Shown here: piece by piece, positions 22,433 through 24,000 of the stretch | Layout: every line of letters begins with the position of its first letter | How positions within the stretch are numbered: the stretch's first letter is position 1 | Source of the DNA: Desulfobacteraceae bacterium | Lineage (GTDB): Bacteria > Desulfobacterota > DSM-4660 > Desulfatiglandales > Desulfatiglandaceae | Direction: 5' to 3' | DNA length: 24,000 bases | NCBI GenBank assembly: GCA_016844935.1 | Contig: JAERTK010000101.1 | Coordinates: 1-24,000, forward strand | Made by a program: the position numbers and the translations under genes | The notes under the pieces: generated by a model | Seen by the model: only the letters and a program-made list of their open reading frames with translations | Databases searched by the model: none | Told to the model about the DNA's origin: nothing

Positions 22433-23728
22433 ATGACTCCCATAAAACGATTGTTTGAAAATTTTCTCACAGCAACCGGAGAAAACAAAGGCCTTTTTCT
22501 GCCGCTTTTCGGCTGCTTTTTTCTGGTGTTGTTCAGCTACAGTTTTATCAGACCGGTCTGCGAGTCTCTCTTCCTGTCATCCTGGGGGGCGTCCAGAATG
22601 CCCCATGTCTGGATCATATCGGCTTTGGCCACGGCTGCGGTGGTCTGGGTTTACAATAAATTCGTGGTTTCCGCCAGACCCTCCTGGCTTTTTGCGGTGA
22701 GCAATTTTATGGCGGTCTCTTTTTTTCTCCTGTTCTATCTCTATTTTTCCGCACAAAACAGGGGATTTTCCCTGATGGCTTTTATTGTTAAAGACATCTA
22801 TGTGGTCATCCTTATTGAGCAATTGTGGACGTTTTGTGACACCACCTTCTCGGAAAAGCGGGCGAAGATCCTCTATGGATTTCTGGCCGGTGGATGCTCT
22901 ATCGGTGGCATCGTGGCCAGCGTTCTGACATCCGAACTGGCGTCTGTTATGGGTTCCAAGAACCTCATCTTTGTGGGCTGTGGGGCGTTGCTGCTGGGGG
23001 TATGGTTGTTTTCCTATGCCAATCGGAAGGGTGGCGCCATACTGGCACGTGCCCGGAAAAAAGGGGCTGTGGATGCCGCGGAAGATGAGAAAAAGGGAAG
23101 CATCTGGGGCGGTTTTGACGTGGTGCTGAGATCAAAATATTTGATTCTAATCTGCGTCATGCTTATGTTGAGCCAGTTTGTGACGGCGCTGATCGGTCTG
23201 CAGTTCAACCAGGTATTGGAAGTCCAGGTGACTGAAATGGATCTGAGGACCGCTTATCTCGCCCGGTTTTATGGGGCAACCAATGTGATTGCCCTGGTCC
23301 TCCAGTTTGGGATCAGTGCACCCATGCTCCATTTCCTGGGGCTATTGCTGTCGCTGGTACTGGTGCCTGCCATTATGGGCGCCGGATCTCTGGCTTTTTT
23401 CTTTGCGCCGACCATGGGCGTACTGTTCGGCACACGTCTGGCCAACAAGAGCCTGACGTATTCCATATTCCGTTCGGCCAAGGAGATCCTCTATATCCCA
23501 TTGAGTTACATTGAAAAATACAAGGGAAAGGCGGTTATCGACATGTTCATATACCGTTTCGCAAAAGGTGGTATCGGTGCCGTTATTATCGGCATGCAGG
23601 CGGTGATGACCGTCACAGCCCTCAGGATCAATTACATGGTGATCGGGTTGATTATCGTTTGGATCCTGATTGTTCCCTTACTGATCAAAGAATACAAGAA
23701 GCGTGATAGCGCAAGTCCGGGTGAATGA
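22433..23728 (+). CDS. TLC/AAA-family (ATP:ADP antiporter-like, Npt-type) MFS membrane transporter homologue
   Basis: 431-aa polytopic membrane protein. Blocks resembling Rickettsia/Chlamydia nucleotide translocases: LFLPLFGCFFLVLFSYSFIRPVCESLF, IEQLWTFCDTTFSEKRAKILYGFLAGG, and KSLTYSIFRSAKEILYIPLSYIEKYKGKAVIDMFIYRFAKGGIGAVI. It is shorter than canonical ~500-aa translocases, so substrate is not inferable. Confidence 0.6.
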   Translation: MTPIKRLFENFLTATGENKGLFLPLFGCFFLVLFSYSFIRPVCESLFLSSWGASRMPHVWIISALATAAVVWVYNKFVVSARPSWLFAVSNFMAVSFFLLFYLYFSAQNRGFSLMAFIVKDIYVVILIEQLWTFCDTTFSEKRAKILYGFLAGGCSIGGIVASVLTSELASVMGSKNLIFVGCGALLLGVWLFSYANRKGGAILARARKKGAVDAAEDEKKGSIWGGFDVVLRSKYLILICVMLMLSQFVTALIGLQFNQVLEVQVTEMDLRTAYLARFYGATNVIALVLQFGISAPMLHFLGLLLSLVLVPAIMGAGSLAFFFAPTMGVLFGTRLANKSLTYSIFRSAKEILYIPLSYIEKYKGKAVIDMFIYRFAKGGIGAVIIGMQAVMTVTALRINYMVIGLIIVWILIVPLLIKEYKKRDSASPGE

Positions 23729-23761
23729 TGATTCGCCCCTTCAAAAAAGGATAATGTCTTA

Positions 23762-24000
23762 ATGAAAAACCCAATAGATGTTTGGCGGTTATATGGTCTC
23801 AGATTAATCTTCATGGTCTTGCCCCTGGTGTTAATAATGGCTTTCGTCGTTCAGGCGGCTGAGCCGGTGAAAAAGCAGACCCAGGGCCGGAATGATACGG
23901 AAAGTCAGCCCCAGGGGGTGTTTTATTACCGGATAGAGCCCTCCTTTTACACGGGGTTCGCTCCTCGATGCCAGGAACCCAAAAATATCCATATCCATGT
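23762..24000 (+). CDS. Partial ORF for a putative secreted protein of unknown function; runs off the right edge
   Basis: From ATG 23762 the translation is MKNPIDVWRLYGLRLIFMVLPLVLIMAFVVQAAEPVKKQTQGRNDTESQPQGVFYYRIEPSFYTGFAPRCQEPKNIHIH... The N-terminus is signal-peptide-like and the frame stays open to the window end. A weak AGGA lies 10 nt upstream. No family is recognised. Confidence 0.4.
   Translation, partial: MKNPIDVWRLYGLRLIFMVLPLVLIMAFVVQAAEPVKKQTQGRNDTESQPQGVFYYRIEPSFYTGFAPRCQEPKNIHIH

Noticed and set aside
1-24000. CRISPR arrays, rRNA/tRNA genes, IS elements or integrases
   Set aside because: No regularly spaced repeats, no long non-coding stretches (the largest intergenic gap is ~360 bp), and no transposase or integrase-like ORFs were seen on either strand.

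Overview
Densely coding chromosomal window with about 20 genes, no rRNA, tRNA, CRISPR or transposase. Gene content (Fe-S, radical SAM, corrinoid and molybdopterin genes) suggests an anaerobe, possibly Desulfobacterota-like; this is inference only. Left to right: a fused, eukaryote-type hisHF (minus, runs off the left edge). A plus-strand five-gene string of C-N hydrolase, moeA, a tandem-duplicated CobA/CobO-like adenosyltransferase, an aldo/keto reductase with Fe-S module, and a class-III aminotransferase; the last two share an Ig-like domain. A convergent radical SAM/SPASM-like enzyme with a ~300-aa uncharacterised N-terminus. An FrdA/SdhA/NadB-family flavoprotein. An orphan CheY-like response regulator. 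The hgcA-hgcB mercury-methylation pair. A SWIM-SNF2 helicase. A secreted 5'-nucleotidase. A signal-peptide-bearing dikinase-like protein with domain order phosphohistidine then ATP-grasp. An A/T-rich brnT/brnA toxin-antitoxin insert with a terminator. A TLC (ATP/ADP-translocase-like) transporter. A partial secreted-protein ORF at the right edge. The most important call is hgcAB, which is established biology (Parks et al. 2013) but is often annotated only as 'CFeSP-like' plus 'ferredoxin'. The most unusual sequence-level observation is directly upstream of hgcA: an SD-driven 26-codon ORF ending ...Cys-TGA in the same frame as hgcA, followed by a hairpin that buries the hgcA SD and TTG start. 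This could be a leader peptide or translational coupling, or speculatively a selenocysteine-recoded N-terminal extension. Other leads are the pseudo-dimeric CobA-like protein, the shared Ig-like domains, and the apparently periplasmic dikinase flanked by a nucleotidase and a nucleotide-transporter homologue.
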